A DNA stretch of 64,000 nt from Kondoa subrosea (lineage: Eukaryota), in the NCBI GenBank assembly GCA_039545335.1, contig BCIN01000002.1, positions 248,001 through 312,000 on the forward strand, read 5' to 3'. Both the position numbers and the translations under genes were made by a program. Under the pieces are notes generated by a model that was given only the letters and a program-made list of their open reading frames with translations, was not told the DNA's origin and ran no database searches. Below, in pieces: positions 38,674-53,155 of this stretch. The first letter of the stretch is position 1; every line of letters starts with the position of its first letter.

Positions 38674-39847
38674 ATGCCTACCGACGGTCAACTTAGTGCC
38701 AAAACCAAAGTGAGTGAAAGTCCATTGCTTCTCTACCTTCATCACTAATTAGTGGTGGTTTCAGATGGTCACCGACTACCTCTTGCTTGCTCAGAGCCTC
38801 CACCAAGCTGCCGATTCAATGAACGCCTATGTCGCTGTTTTGGCTTCCACTTCAACTCATGCCGACACTGTCAGCTTACTCATTCCTCCTCCTCAGCTCC
38901 CTCCTATTGCTCCTTATCAGCCAGATGGTGGTGCTGCTATTCGTTTGCCAAACTTAGGTCAAGCTCATGGTCACACCGATTCGGATGAAGATGACAAGTC
39001 AAAGAAACGTCGTCGTCAATCTAATGCTGGTACTAAAGAGAAGAAGGAAAAGAAGCCTAAAGATCCAAACGCTCCTAAACGTCCTGCTTCTGGTTACATT
39101 GCTTATCAAAACGCTGTTCGAGCTAATGTCAAGGCTGAGAACCCCGATATGCCCGCCAAAGAAATCCAAAGCAAGATTGCTTCTGATTGGGCCTCTCTTG
39201 ATGCTGAAAAGAAGAAGGTGAGTAACAGATCGAAGTCTTCTGCACTGTCTTGTGCTAAGATTCATGTCTTCTCTCACAGGTCTTCACTGATGATGCTGCT
39301 GCTGCTTTAGAAGAATGGAAGTCCAAGACTGCCGACTACGAAGCTACTAAAGGTGGTGCTCCTATTGAAGTCAAGGATGCCAAAGAGCCCGTCAAGTCTA
39401 AAGCCAAAGCCTCAACTTCTAAACCTTCGAAGGTCAGTCACTGCTGCTCCTTCCGCTCAGCGAATCCTTATTTGTTTTGTCACTTACAGCCCGAGCCTGC
39501 TCCCGCTCCTGTTTTAAAAGCAGAGCAGATTGAAGCTTCTACTGATGATGAAGAGGAGAGTGAAGAGGAGACTGCTGCTCAGGTTGTTCCCAACAAGAAC
39601 AGACCTATTATTGCCCAGCCTGAGGTTTGTCTTCTATTTTTCTTATCCTCGATTCTGAGTCTGATTTTGTGATCTCTTGTGCTTGCAGACTTCTGAAGAT
39701 GAGGATGAGGAAGAAGATGATGAAGACGTTTCTATGGAAGAGCCTCCTGCTAAGAAGAGCAAGAAAGCTGCCACTCCTCCTCCAAAGCCCGTTTCCAAAA
39801 AGGCTGAAAAGGAAAAGTCTGAAAAGAAGAAGAAGAACAAGGCTTGA
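38674..39847 (+). CDS. HMG-box chromatin protein (Hmo1/HMGB-like) with acidic and Lys-rich tail
   Basis: KPKDPNAPKRPASGYIAYQ...KIASDWASLDAEKKK HMG box; 5'-UTR intron ~38432-38657. Confidence 0.9.
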
Positions 39848-40240
39848 ATGGAATTGGTCGTCTAAAAACATTGAACTGACAACGGGATTTGGGTATGCAG
39901 GGCAAAATCGTACATATAGGGGTTTTCTTCTTTCGTAAAGCAATACCTTGTAGTGCTTTCGCATTGGTAGTCTGTATCCGCTTTCGCTTCTAGCTTCACT
40001 TGACGTTTGCGCTGTCTTCGTTCATTCTGCGACTTTTGCGACATTGGTTTGACCGGCAAGTTGTCTTGTGCTCTTGTCAACACAACGATCTTGGGTCAAG
40101 ATTTTCGCGTTTAGAGGCGTCTTGAGGCCTTGTCTAGCTAGGCCTGCCAGCTGCTTGCGTCGTGAGCCTGCCTCTCTGTTTCTTGAGTCTTCGCATGCCG
40201 ATCTATTGTTTTGGTGCTTCCAGCATTCATTGCCTCGAAG

Positions 40241-42909
40241 ATGCATAATGTGACTGTCATTTCAGACTCTGAACCAGAACGACTAGCAGCGCCAACGCGA
40301 AAGGGGAAAGCTAGAGCTCAGGAAATCAACCTCAACGATCAGGAGAGCGATTCTCAATGGACTTTGCCTACTCCAGCTCAACGAACTCGAGTGTCTTCCA
40401 CTGCTTCTTCTGCTTCTTCTGCTTCTTCTGTGAAGAAAGTCTCGCGCTCTGTCAAGAAGAGCAAGAACAGCTTCACTTCTGCCGGTAAAGTGTTGAAACA
40501 GCAAGAAAAGATCAAACTCACTGCTGTCACAAAGCCTGTAGCTTTCACTTCTTCCAAATCTACGCCCTTGGACTTCAGCGATGATGATGGATTACCGCCG
40601 CCTTTGTCTGAAGTCTGGTCTTCAACTTCAGCTACACAGTCCCAGTCTCAAGCAACAGAAGCAGCAGACGAAGACATGAAGGGGGAATCTCCTCGTGGCA
40701 CATTTGCTCGTTCAATGAGTTCTCGATTCACTTACGATCCTAACGTCAAAGCATCTACTTCCACCTCAACCAAACCAAACTATTTCAAGCGAGAACCATC
40801 TGATTCATCTCTTCCCGTAGCATCTACTTCGAAAGTTCTTCCGACATCAGCAGCAACAGTACAAGTAAAGAAAACCGAAGCAATCCCTCTTCCTTTGATC
40901 GCTTTATTGGATGACTGCCCAGTTTGTAATTTGAAATGGACCAGCAAGAAATCTTCTCCTGTCAAACTCTCACATATTCTCAAGTGCGCTAAAAGTCAAG
41001 ATTGGGAAATGGCGACTGTTTTGAAAGTAGTCAAACGTCATGTTCAAAGTTTGAAAGATATAGAAGATAGCAAAAAGCTGGATCTGGAAAGAGAAAGAAC
41101 TTTGTTTGATGGTGTACTTGCTGGAAAGAAAGTGGATGTAAATGTCGTTGGTGTTGATTTGGATGCGAAGCTGGTTTCGAGCACTCAAGGTGGATCAATT
41201 ACTCTTGGGTCTATCAGGGCTACGAAGAATGCCGTGGAAGATGAATTGAATGCTAAGAAGAAGAAAGCAAAAAAAGCTACTTCTTCCGATCCGAAATTGG
41301 CTAAAGCGTTGAAAATCATTGAACTCGATCCCATAGTACCTACTCAAATGTCTACTGCTTCTTTTTCAGTCAGCAAAGGCAAAAAACCGGCATTGCAGAC
41401 TTTCGAACAAAGTAAAGACAAGATCGGAAAACGAGCGAAAGAAATGATTGATTCCTTTGGAGGTTCTGGTTTGACTCAAGTGCCTGCTGAGTCAACTCAA
41501 TCAAGTAGTGCGAACAAAGAAATTATTGATCTCGACGCCTTCGATGACACAAGTATGGATATCGATGAAATCTTGCCATCAATTGGGAAAAGAGTGGCTT
41601 CTTCAGTTCCTAAACTTGGTCAAGCTCCATTAGACAAAGACAGCCGCGCCAAAGCTTTCGAGATCGCCGCTTCGCTGTATAGACCTGGCGATATCCTTCA
41701 AGCTGCAAGGGATGCTTCCAGAAGCAACGCAGAGACAAGTTTGTGGAATCTAGCAACTTGCGAGGAAGATGTTTCGGAACGTACTGATAAGGTCTAGAAT
41801 TTCCTTTGACATTGAGACGCAGGCTTACTGACCGTCGATACTAGCCTTATCCTTCCCTTACTACCTCTGCTGCCAATATTGACTTTACTTCACCTTCTAA
41901 ACATTTCGTTCATACAAATAGCTCAAGAGAAGGATTCATCAGGCCCTCTTCTCCGATCGAGCAGCGCGCGGCGGCAGCTCCGAAGAAGAAAACAAAAGAC
42001 CCCGGTACAACTACTACAACAGCAGTACCAAAGAAAGCAAAAGCCAGCACTACAAAGGGGAAAGCAGCGACAGTAGCGCCTGAAGATACACCTTCTCCAC
42101 CCAAATCATCGACGAAGGGCAAGATGCCAGATTACAGCTCTTGGTCTATCGGTGAATTGCAAAAACAAGCTAGCAAATTTGGGTACAAAGTGTCAAGTGA
42201 GAAATCTGTCAATATATCGCGTCTGACTCAAGTGTGGGAAGCTTTACATCCACCTGCTTCAGCCTCTTCTCCTACTAAAGCGGTTCCAGCCAAGTCTACT
42301 AAAACCAAATCTCAGACAACTAAAGTCGCGCCTAAAACGAAAGCTAAACCTGTTACCCCTCGTGCCTCCGATACTTCTTCTGATACCCCTCTGTCTAAAT
42401 CACCCGTGTCACCGAGAAAACGAGCAGCAGCTAAACCTAAAGAACCAGCTATTCGAAAGAAGAAAGCCGTGAGCAGGTCTTCAGATAATGAAGCTAGTGC
42501 AGGTGAATTTATGGACGAAGAAGAGGAAGAAGTCGTTGTTGTCAGAGGGAAAGGCAAAGGAAAAGCGAAAGCTAAGACCAAAGATGAAACTTCAGCGGAA
42601 TTTGTAAGCAAAATGAGGGATCTGGTGCACGAGAATTCGGTTTTGTGGCATCGAATTCTAAGATATGAGGTGAGCTTCCATGTTGCTGTGTTACGACCTG
42701 GCTGATGAGATTTAAAGCCTGTCCTGTTTGATGATTTCGTCGCTTTGGCTAAGGAAAAGGATCTAAAGCATACTGCTATTGGAATGCGCAACTTCTTGGA
42801 CAAGATGACTATTTCTTTCTACTTCGATCAGACAAAAGGTCGCAATGCGGAAGGTGGCAGAGGGAGAACAAGGAAAAAAAAAGCTGTATCTAAAACTGCT
42901 AAGAAGTAG
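40241..42909 (+). CDS. SLX4: Structure-specific endonuclease scaffold Slx4
   Basis: SAP-like MPDYSSWSIGELQKQASKFGYK, C-terminal LWHRILRYEPVLFDDF...FLDKMTISF, zinc-finger-like CPVC...HILKC. Confidence 0.8.
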
Positions 42910-43096
42910 CGCTTGAAATCATTGTACCACTTGGAGCATTGCATAGCATTTAATTCATATACACCAGCCTTATTTGTACACTTGGCTGCTTTTGACTTTG
43001 TTTTCCAATATCCTTTGTGACTCTTTATCTGTCACTCTTCGTCAATTTCCATCATTTCTTTGGTCTCTAGACAGCCGCAACATCGCCTTGGCTTGC

Positions 43097-46000
43097 CTAG
43101 TCACCTTTCTTGAGAATATCAAGAATTCCTGGGAAATTTGGTGTTCCAAAGCCGGTCTTTACGAGACAACATCAGTAGCTGCAAGCAACTAGACGATCCG
43201 AGGAGACTCACGATCGCATCCCAACCTGTGACAGCAGGGAAGCCGATTGTGGAGCATCCGAAGGAAGAACCATTTTTACTGAACAAGAACTCAGTCGAGC
43301 GTTTCACAGAAACGAGAAGGCATACATGTCCGTCTGCATGTAGAGGCTCAGTATAAGCTCTATAGATTATGCAGCTTCACTCACGAAAGAAGGGTACAGC
43401 TTTTTGTAAAGAAGAGGATTCATGAACCCAAGAGTAGATTTGCCGTTCTCAATGAGGTAGTCATTGACTTGAGAGAACACAGCAGCGACTGCTGGTGAAG
43501 AGGAAGAAGTACCGCCGATCAAGCCCCATCCGAAGGTGTTCTACACGCGTAGTTCGAGCAGATGAGTATTCTTCCGAACAGGTCAGATAGAGTCAGCTGT
43601 AACTAACCTGGTCACGTGGATTATAAAAGCCAGGCACATAGATTGCCCATCTGTCTGCAATACCAGCTAAATCAGGGTAAGCTCTACCAGAGCTGTTGAA
43701 CAGGTTCTGAGCGTTGTATGATGAAAGGAGAGAGGCGTTCTGAGAGTTCAAGGTGTCGAGGTAGCCTTGAACAGCGTTCATCTGGTAGCTTGGCATGGCG
43801 AAGTCTGTAAGGGAAATCCAAATGTCAGAACCGATTCAACTTGAACTTGAACGAGGGGAAGCCACAGTTTGAGAATCCACCGCCTAAAGTCATTGTCAGT
43901 GAGCAGGATACAGTGAAAACCGGAAGTCGGCATACCTGAAGGGAAACGAGTGGTGGCCCGTTCCTAATAGCGAAAATTGTTAGTGAAATCTGAGACATAA
44001 TCGAAGCGAAACTTGCATTCTAGCAAAGGAAATCAGTATAACGATGAGGAAATTTCGGAGATGCTCACAGGAATGTTTTGAGTACCACCAACGGTAGTGA
44101 CGTAAGGACTGGTGAGTCTATTAGCGCAACGCCCTATGAGATGAAATAAGTAAAATACATACCAACTGGCTGGGAAAGATGGCAAGAACTGGGTGACGTT
44201 GGAGACTTGCTATATTCGATACGAAGCATCAGCAGATGTCCATTAAGCTGAAACATGTGATCATACGTTTTTGCCTGTAGAATATTGATCAATCTTTGAT
44301 GAGGATTTGATGTGACAGGTACTTACAGTCAGCGATATCAGCTGGACCAACACTAGACAATTCAAGAAGTAGAAAGATTAGCGAAAAGCCTTTTGCTGCT
44401 GAAAAGGCTCATAGCGTACCCGGCGTCACCGCTTGAGAAGAAGAGTGTGATGCCTTGCGAGCCGAGCTGCAGACCACATCAGCCTGAGAACTGATTGTAG
44501 CTATGCTACTTACTTGAGCGAAGCCATCGCAAACTCTTTGGGCGTAATATTCTGGAACCGAGCTCTCACTGCACGGCAAAGTGAGAAATGATCTCGTCTC
44601 AGAAGAGCGAAAGCTGACTCGTCTCCGTATGAGGTCGAGACTAGGAAGTCGATTGAGCTCACGAACACGTCCAACTAAGGAATAAAAGACTTACTGACTT
44701 GTGGAACCTTCTTCTTATCGCTGGATAGCTGACTCATGACATAGTTGAGCCATTCGAGGTAAGGTTCGCTAGTGTCGGGGTTAGCGAGAGTCATGAAGAC
44801 TTAGCGAAAGTTATGGCATACCTAGTGTTGGGATCCAACTGGTAATTTTTTATTTCAGCAGCATTCCCTCCTGAAAGTAGCTGTGAGGCTTACAGTGGAC
44901 GGAGGTCGGCCAGCAGTAGAGTAGAAGTCCTAATCCAATGTTAGTTTAGACAGATACAAGCTTCGCAGATATGCTTACAATCGGAGTTGGGTAAGCGATA
45001 CCTGAAACCAGCTGAATATCAAGTCCGGCCTCGCTATAAAACCATTCAGAAAGGTAAGGTCACTAATCTAGGGCAGAACTGACGCAGTTCCGGAAGAGTT
45101 AGTAGGGTAATCAGTGTCTTGAGGATTGGTTCCGCCATTGACAAGGTATTCAGTGAAAGTTGTTCCGACAGCTTCTGGACGTTGTGCAGCCTGTAGTCCA
45201 AGTCAGCATCGGTGAGTTAGGGGACAGTCAAAGTAAGACATACAAGGTAAACTTGAAGATCTTTTCGGTTAGCTACTTCTTCCAAGTAGGCCGTGACACC
45301 CAATCTGTTGCCGTTGCTCTTCGATGCAGTGTAATTGGTCAATCTAGGAGCATTTCAGCGTTAGTCTATATCGAGACAGTAGAGATGGACCGACCCGTAT
45401 AGATCCCTAATGCAGTCTACTGAGACGGTAGAATTGCAGTAAAAGTCAGTGAGAGGGAAAGCAGGTCGAGTGTAAAGTGATTGTCCAGTGAAGACTGCGT
45501 TGTCGGCGATCTGGGCCATGTCTTCTTTGCTGAAAGGAACTGGACCAGCTTTGTGAGCTTGCATACCGCTGAAGTAGGTAGTAGGTTGAATAGTATCGAT
45601 GCTGTCAAGCAAGTCAGTATGGTCTAGAATAGACAAAGAGGTACTTACTGCTCGTGCAGATGCAATGGCAGAGAGTAGGATTCAGTACGAACAACGGCGT
45701 TTCCATCGCGAGTGTAGTGCATGAAGTCAGTGTCGAGCAAGAAGTTGGCCAATTCCACGGGTACTCTGACGAACTGTACATCTCTCAAGCTTAAGCATTC
45801 AATTTCCAACTTCCTTGGGACACATCGACTTACAGCCCAATCTTGAGCAGCAGAGTATTTGACATGCTGTTCTCCAAGACCGTGTTCAGCCAACCAAGAA
45901 GAAACCGCATCCAAAGTAGCTGAGTGAGGTCGAACTCTAGCATTGGCTTCTTCAGCAGTCAAATGCTTGCCGTAATCTGCATGATCTGGATCTGAAGTTT

Positions 46001-46278
46001 CTGCTAAACGATCTTTGAGTCCTTGAATATCAGATTGCTTCAAAGCGATTTGCTGTAATCAATGATTTCATGAGCAATCAATCCCGGCAATAGATTTGAA
46101 AACCGAAATGACAGACCAGATTCAAGATCGTGTTTCCATCAGCTGCTTGTTGGCTAGACCAACCTCTTGGAGCAGGAGCTGATTCTTTGATAGCGTATCC
46201 ACGTCGTTTAGATCTGACTGGAGATGCTGTAGCTTCGAAAGCTAACCCAAGACCGAGTAAGAGAGTGCTCAATTTCAT
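43097..46278 (-). CDS. Secreted sedolisin/tripeptidyl peptidase (S53) with pro-domain
   Basis: Signal peptide; SDPDHADYGKHLT prodomain; EAGLDIQ, SSGDAG, VTTVGGT, SGGGFSN, GRAYPD, GGTSSSSP, GWDA motifs. Confidence 0.92.
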
Positions 46279-47379
46279 CTTGAGAGAGACTTTGGTTGGA
46301 GAGAGAAAGAGAAGAGAGCTTGTGGAGAATCAAAGAACACAGGAGTGGGCCGGTACAAGTTACACGAATAGCATGACATATCGATTTGAAAGCATGTGAT
46401 GATTGACTAGTTCTGTCTCGGAGAATAGGCACCTTTCCTTATCGCGATTTTTGCGTGATACCGTCTCCGCAGGGCAGGAAAGACAGAGCTGAGCCGGTTC
46501 ATTGAATCAAGCATGGGAGGAGAGCGAGGTTGGTCTAATGCGATAAGGCAGAGGAATGCACAATCTTTGACCGGTAGACTGCTGCGGATCAGCCTCAAGG
46601 AAGTCCGAATATATGATAGCTGCGAATCGTCTTTGATCAATTTGTACTGAAAAGCGAGGCATTGCATTGCGACGTGCAAGTTCGAGTAATAGCATTGCCT
46701 ACGTGAACTTCAAGAGCAAGTAAAATTCGCATTCTGGAATTCTCATCACACAATATAAGCTGTACCGCAAGGCATGCGACTGGAGTAAAATGAAAGGGAG
46801 ACTAGAGAAATGACTTCAGATTGTTTGGCAAAAGTTGCAAAACGCGTTGTCAGGACAACAATAAGACACGAATGGACAAAAGTTTGTGGACCAAAGCAAG
46901 CCTATATAGTATCTAGAGCGGCCAAGGGCTTTGACAGATCGCGTTCTGAAACAATGCAGAGGTAGCACCCGCATAGGCATACATTCGCCTGTTGACTTAT
47001 GTCAATGACTTTTGTGTGCAAATTTGACCAGAGCTGCCTGTCGTGAAGGTCCTAGAGATCACTAGCCAGAGCACACCCAGAAGATATCAGAAGAACCAAG
47101 CGGTTGACCAAGTGCAAGCAACAAAAGCGACAACTGGCTCTTTCTGAAGCCTTGACTCGAGAGGCAGTGGATCAGCACGTCTTACAGCACCTTTCATATT
47201 ACTTTACAGCCATCAGCGGCCTGATTCTGGTCATCCGGCCACACATTATTTGGAATGCTAAGAAGAACGAATTGAAATCCAAGCTCAAGCTCTACATCAG
47301 CTATCCTGGCTGTCCGGCCTTGCTCTAGATTGACTTGGTGTGACATCCGATGGCTGTTTATGCCGCAATAACAGCTACA

Positions 47380-50300
47380 ATGACTGATCAACGCTCTTCT
47401 CATCGAAAGAAACAAAGCTCAACTTCATCCAGCTTTCATCTACCCAGTCATCATAGGCAGAGGCCTTCATCGGAATGGTCTTCAAGCGTCACAGACTCTC
47501 CGCCGTTGGCTGATTCGGGCTTTCCATCGAACGCTTCATCCGCTACTACTTCATATAGTTTCATGTCAACCGCAATGGATGGTGAGGATCAGCTGTCGCC
47601 TTTGTCTGATAAGCCTCCTCCGCAACGTAAACCATCCTTCTATGGCGCCGCGTCGCAATCTGGTAACTCAATTCCACCACCTCCTTCCGCTCCTCTTCCA
47701 GCTATTCCAGTCTCCCTGCCGCCTGCTATACCAATACCAGGTCCATCAAGACTGCCAGAACAAAGTAATACATCATCATATCGATTTCCCGCTACTACGC
47801 GCTCTCCTCCTTTCTTGCCAAGCGAATATCAGCAGCAACGCAGACCGTCAATAGCTGCCTCTATGGCTTCAGAGTCTGGCAATACTTCTCCTGATCTCGC
47901 TCCGCATCCCTACAGCGCTTTCTCTTCACCTCAATCGCAATATCGAAAAGATTCAGCCATATCTCAATACAACGTACCACCCTCTACCCACCAAAGGAAT
48001 ATGAGGTCGCCTTCAATGCCAATGCAATACCGAGAATCTCGAGAATTGCCAACAGGTTCGTAATATATATGACAAATATAGCTTTAATTTAACTATTTCT
48101 GACTTTGACAATACAGAAAGCTCAGATCGATTAGGAGCTGTAACACCTACAGCAGGACGTAAGAAATCACTAGGGTCAATGTTAAATCATCGACCGTCTT
48201 CTTCCTCTTCAGCTTCTCAACAACAGCAACAAAGAAATCGATCCGCTTCTACTCCTGCAACACAACAAGAACAACCTCTTTCTCCTCCTCCTCCTCCATC
48301 TCAAGTACCAGCATCACCTACTTCTTCCAAATCAGTTCTCACTATCGCTTTGCAAAAAGCTCAATCTGCCGTTCTACTCGACGCGGCGAACAATACTCAA
48401 GCGGCTATAGCAGCTTACACTCAATCTGTTCGTCTACTGAAAGAAGTAATGGCTCGAGTAGAAGAAGGAACAGGGAATTGGAGAGCTAAAGAATTAAGTA
48501 GGATCCATTCGATGAAAGAAGAAATTCGATATGGGGATGGTACTGAAGAAATTAAGAGGGAGTTGAAGAGAAGGGAAGAGAAGTTGGAGAAAAGGGAAAG
48601 AGCGAGAATGGAAGAAGGAAGGAGGCTGAAAGTTATTGTGAGCCTTCTTTAGGGTTGAAAGTTTCGAGAAGAGATTCTGATTAAGCTGAACAGCATGACA
48701 CGTATGAGGAAAGAGTCAAGATGCTTATTGCTGAAGAATCTGCTGCTTCAGATGGTACTTCTAATCTACCTGCCGACAATGACACGACCCCGCAAGCTAG
48801 CGAACGTGGATTGGGATCAATCACTTCTCTTTCGTCTGATACGAGCGACACCACCATTGCTATGATGCCTGCTACACCAACAGATGTCTCGCCTCCTTCT
48901 TCCGGTGACTCGGTGAGCGCCATACCTCTCGAAGACCAGCGAAGAAGATCTCGACCTCTTTCTACTACTTTTCCAGCCGCACCTGCTCCTACTCCCGATA
49001 AGAACGGTCTTTCTCCTGGACCTACTCCTGAACGAAATTATAAACTATCATTAGATGTTTCTCCTATCAACTTAAGCTTATCTCCTGCATTCAAGAACCA
49101 ATCAGACGAAGAATTTGAAGATGCTCATTCTGACGAAGAAGAAAGACATCCTTATGCAGCTCCTTCGTCTTCGCGCATCGACTATGCTGATGAAGACTTG
49201 CCCGATTGGCCTGCTGGTGACTCCATTGAAGAATCTCGGCATCTCAGAAAACCTTCATTAGGAATAGGCGATGAGCTGGATCATTCTGAGCGGCAAGCAG
49301 TAACAAACAAACGCAATACCCTGCGACTTTCGGATCCTCAATTCACTTATCCTACCAATAGATCTTCTTCTGGAACGCCTACACCTAGACCTGAACAAGA
49401 GGGTCAGCACCTTACTATAACTTCTCCTCCGTCTTCCGAGACTTCTACACCACCTCCTCTTCCTTCGAAACCTGCTTCGCCTACCAGAGACTCACTCAAT
49501 GTGCCTGCAAATACTTCTAGACCGCCTTCGCCAAACTCGAAAGTGTCAGAACGACTCCTGGTGAATACTTCTACCTCTCAAGGAACAATTAGTCAGAGGC
49601 GTAAATCACCTTTGGCTGACCTCGACAATATGTACAGCGCTTCTCAAACGGGATACAGCAGCACCCGAACATCATCAGAAATGGACGATGATGAATCGTC
49701 GACGACAACGAACCGCAAATTCAGCAGTGCCTCCTCCTTATCTGTTGGTCATGGTCAACCACCTCGCATTCGAGCAGTCTCTACACCTTTGTCTGATTTC
49801 CGATCAAGCGAAGAATCAGGGGTGCAAGAAACGATCGCGTCATCTGAGAAATCAGCCAGTCAGCGAAAAGCTTCTATGCCACCTTCTTTCCGAGCTTCAG
49901 TAGATCCGCCAAGTGGAGGCTATTCAAGCGAAAACTCTTTCACTGATGCTGATACTTCTTCTCGCTCTTTATCACCTTTCTCTCATGCAGCAACACCGGA
50001 TACATCGATGCAATCACCCACTGTCTCCTACTTCCCTCGGTCGTACAGTCCAATCATCTCGACAAATCAACTTAGTGAAAGTCAAACGCTCATGCCTTTC
50101 CAGGAGAACATGTTCATGCCCGTTTCACCTCAGCGCAAACCTTTCCAAGTCATGCAGCGTTTTAGGCATAGTATTGCTTCCGGATGTTACTTGACACCTA
50201 AACTTTATGCACCACGATCGATTTGGGAACAAGCTGGGATCAAATTAGCAGCAGTGGAAACCAAAGTTCGAATGGTGGAACTACTCTTGACAGGTTTAGA

Positions 50301-50978
50301 AAGTCTAGACAAAGCCGGAGAACTTTTATTGGTTGCTCGTGCAGCGGATCAACCGACGACTTCTAAAGCTACTGCAGAGCGTTTCGCAAAGGAATTGGAT
50401 GCTTTCGATGGTCTGCTCGAAGGAATTCAAAGCACTCTAGCGAAGAAATTAGGCTATGTCGAAGTTGCCAAAGGGAAGAAAGGCGGTCAAGTGAGATCAC
50501 CCCGTATTGTTCGGACAGACAATACTGACAATCGCATCGTAGAGCTCTTTTGGCGCCTGGTCTTCCAAAATCTCTCGGTCACTGGACAGAATGACAAATG
50601 TAAAAGGGTGAGCTGCTTTCTAGATTTTAATGATTCCCTGGCTCACTGGTATCTTAGCTTGGATTCGCCCGCTCTATACGTCGATACTTTATGCCGTCTG
50701 TTCACCGATGCGCAGATTCTCGGTCAGTCGCGTCCTTGCGCGTAATTTGCATGTGCTGATTGATTACAACCTCAGATCGGCATCTAGCACTCATATCAAG
50801 CGACTCGCAGACAAGTGTATATGCGCTCCTGCCGCCGCCGACGAGGTCGAGAATAGAGCAACGTCTGCGCAGGGCGTCAGATTTCTTCGGCTCAGTGATA
50901 TGCAAGTTTGTTCTGAAAGATGTTGGTGTACTACTGGACAAGCACGTCAAGCGAGGAGCAGTAGCAGTTATGGAATGA
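47380..50978 (+). CDS. MIT-domain protein with Ser/Pro-rich linker and conserved C-terminal helical domain
   Basis: LTIALQKAQSAVLLDAANNTQAAIAAYTQSVRLL (MIT); GCYLTPKLYAPRSIW and FFGSVICKFVLKDVGVLLDKHVKRG blocks. Confidence 0.8.
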
Positions 50979-51081
50979 TCGTCGTTAGTATTATTGTATT
51001 TCGCATTTAGGGGATCTGTTTGGGCTACTTGAGTGAACTGTAACGGTAGATTTAAACAGAGAATGCATTGTATCGTTTTTT

Positions 51082-53155
51082 TCAGCCTTTTGAACTTCGA
51101 TGCCATCGTTTATGTTTCTCGTAACTTCCTTGCATCAGCTTTGCGCCGCATTTCGGCCAATCGCATGGAATGAGTCCAGTCTCTGATTTGCCTTTCTTGC
51201 TCTTCTTGGTTTTAGGTAGATTCATGGATTTGCGGATCTCAGCAGCTATTTCAGGCGGGAGTTCGTCTAGTGTAGATTCGTCAATCTCCGTGTTTTTTAT
51301 TTCAGTCCAGGCTTCCTGTGTCGATCTTGGTCTTTTCGGTTTGTTTTCAGATAGAAGATGCCTGACATCTATCCCTGGCTTTTCTGTTGAGAAATTGATG
51401 GCAGCTATATTGATGATTCGCAGATGAGAGCTCTTTGTTGTTCCGACTATCTTCTGTAATAGAGTCGCAAGACCGTGATTGACGAGTATGTCAGATCGTT
51501 GCTGAGGAGTCAAAGACAGATCAAAGATCTCAGAGGGAGCTTTAATGGTCTGACTTTCTCTACTGTTTCTGTCGATTCTTGTAGTCAAGCGAATATTTTC
51601 AGCATAGCGAACGAAAGATTTCTTGCTTGTAGATGAGACTGGTGATAAGAATGCAGGCTCGTCCACCAACTCAAGCTGCAGACGCTTGACCAGAGCGGTC
51701 GCGAGTTCGCGAAGGTTTGCCATCGCTTCATCAAGAGATGACATTTCTAGCAAGTCCGTCAGCATCATCAGCCGTATGATATATGAAGTTTTTACGCACT
51801 AGGGTAGCTGTCTTCTACCGATATCGTTGCTGGATATTCTGGCGCATTTGATACCGGTTCAGGATCTTCGCCTAACAGCAGACCCCAGAGCTTTACGCCC
51901 AATCGCTCACCAAACCATTGCTTGTACTGAAATTCCGTAGCAGAAAATAAGACATCCTGAACCGTCAATGGCGAAGCTGTATTGAGCGCTTCTGCTTCAA
52001 CCCATTGTTCGTACGGATGAGCTGTTTCCGGCGCGTCGGTAAAAGCGCCTGCGTTTGGTAGATCTTCGCCAAAGAGGTGATGACGAATGATTTTGACCGT
52101 CTTGAAGCCATAGCCTTGTATTCTGCAGACTTATCAGCTATGATTTCAATGCTCTTGTATTGTCGAACATACTTCCGCAGCTCATAAGGCAGCATGAAGG
52201 CTTGTCTAGCTTCTGCATTATCTTCTTCAGGATACCAAGTTGTTTGCTTGGCAGGTTTATTGATGGATGCCTGCAATTATTAAAATCAGTCTCGATCGTT
52301 TAATCAGCATTCAAAATGCGCACAATAAGCTTTGAAAACAGCTTGCTATGAGATACCCCTGCCGATGTAGTGAAACCAAGATCTTTGTGTATTTTCTCAC
52401 GTATGTATGCAGCCAGATGAGAGCCAACGCGCAATCGAAGATGATCTGTCGTGGCTTTCGCTTCTGAGACTTCTACATCCGGTACAGAGTGGCCATTGAT
52501 TGCCAATGGGTCGTAGTAGAAGCCATTCGAGCGATCTTGTACTGTTGACCGATTGGTGTTCAGGTTGAAGAAAGCTTTGCTAGTTGATTCATCTGTACTT
52601 TCGAGTTCCCGTAGATGTTGATCTATCATATCTGTAACATCACAAAACACTGTACACGTCGATCACGTGAGTATCAGATGCTGATGAGATGGAAGCCGCA
52701 AGCCTACATTCATCCATGCCCAATTTCTCGATGTTTCCTCCGCATATCGATCTGACCAATCTCCAGATCTTGCGTGAATACGCTCGGTAGTGAGTCAGAT
52801 CTTCTCCTGAATGTCGGACTGCATTAGAAGAGCTTGGTTTGCTATAGCATGAACTAACCGTTGACTATGATCAAGCCCGGACAGACTTTCTTTGCATCTC
52901 TGACAAGTTGAAGTTTGCCAACTCCGAGTGCTCTAGCTTCGTAACTAGCAGTTGCCAGAACTACAAAGGAAATCTCGTCAAAACACAATCAAGCTTGAAT
53001 TCCTAAGCTGACTCACTCTGCTTCTGCTGTATACCAACTGGTTTTCCACATAAAGACGGATCTCGAAGACGTTCGCAAGCACAATAGAAGTTATCTAAGT
53101 CGAATGCTAGAATGATGCGTTTCTTTACTGGTTGGGCAGAGCGAGAGGAAAACAT
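51082..53155 (-). CDS. Y-family translesion DNA polymerase (fungal iota-like)
   Basis: FDLDNFYCACE, ATASYEARALGVGK, GEDLTHYR, GMDE.FCDVT, SAGVSHSKLFSKL, NKPAKQT; C-terminal C2H2-like CDWPKC...HKRWH. Confidence 0.88.

Noticed and set aside
38674..53155. DNA-repair gene cluster (HMG, SLX4, Y-family polymerase)
   Set aside because: Interleaved with unrelated genes; consistent with chance
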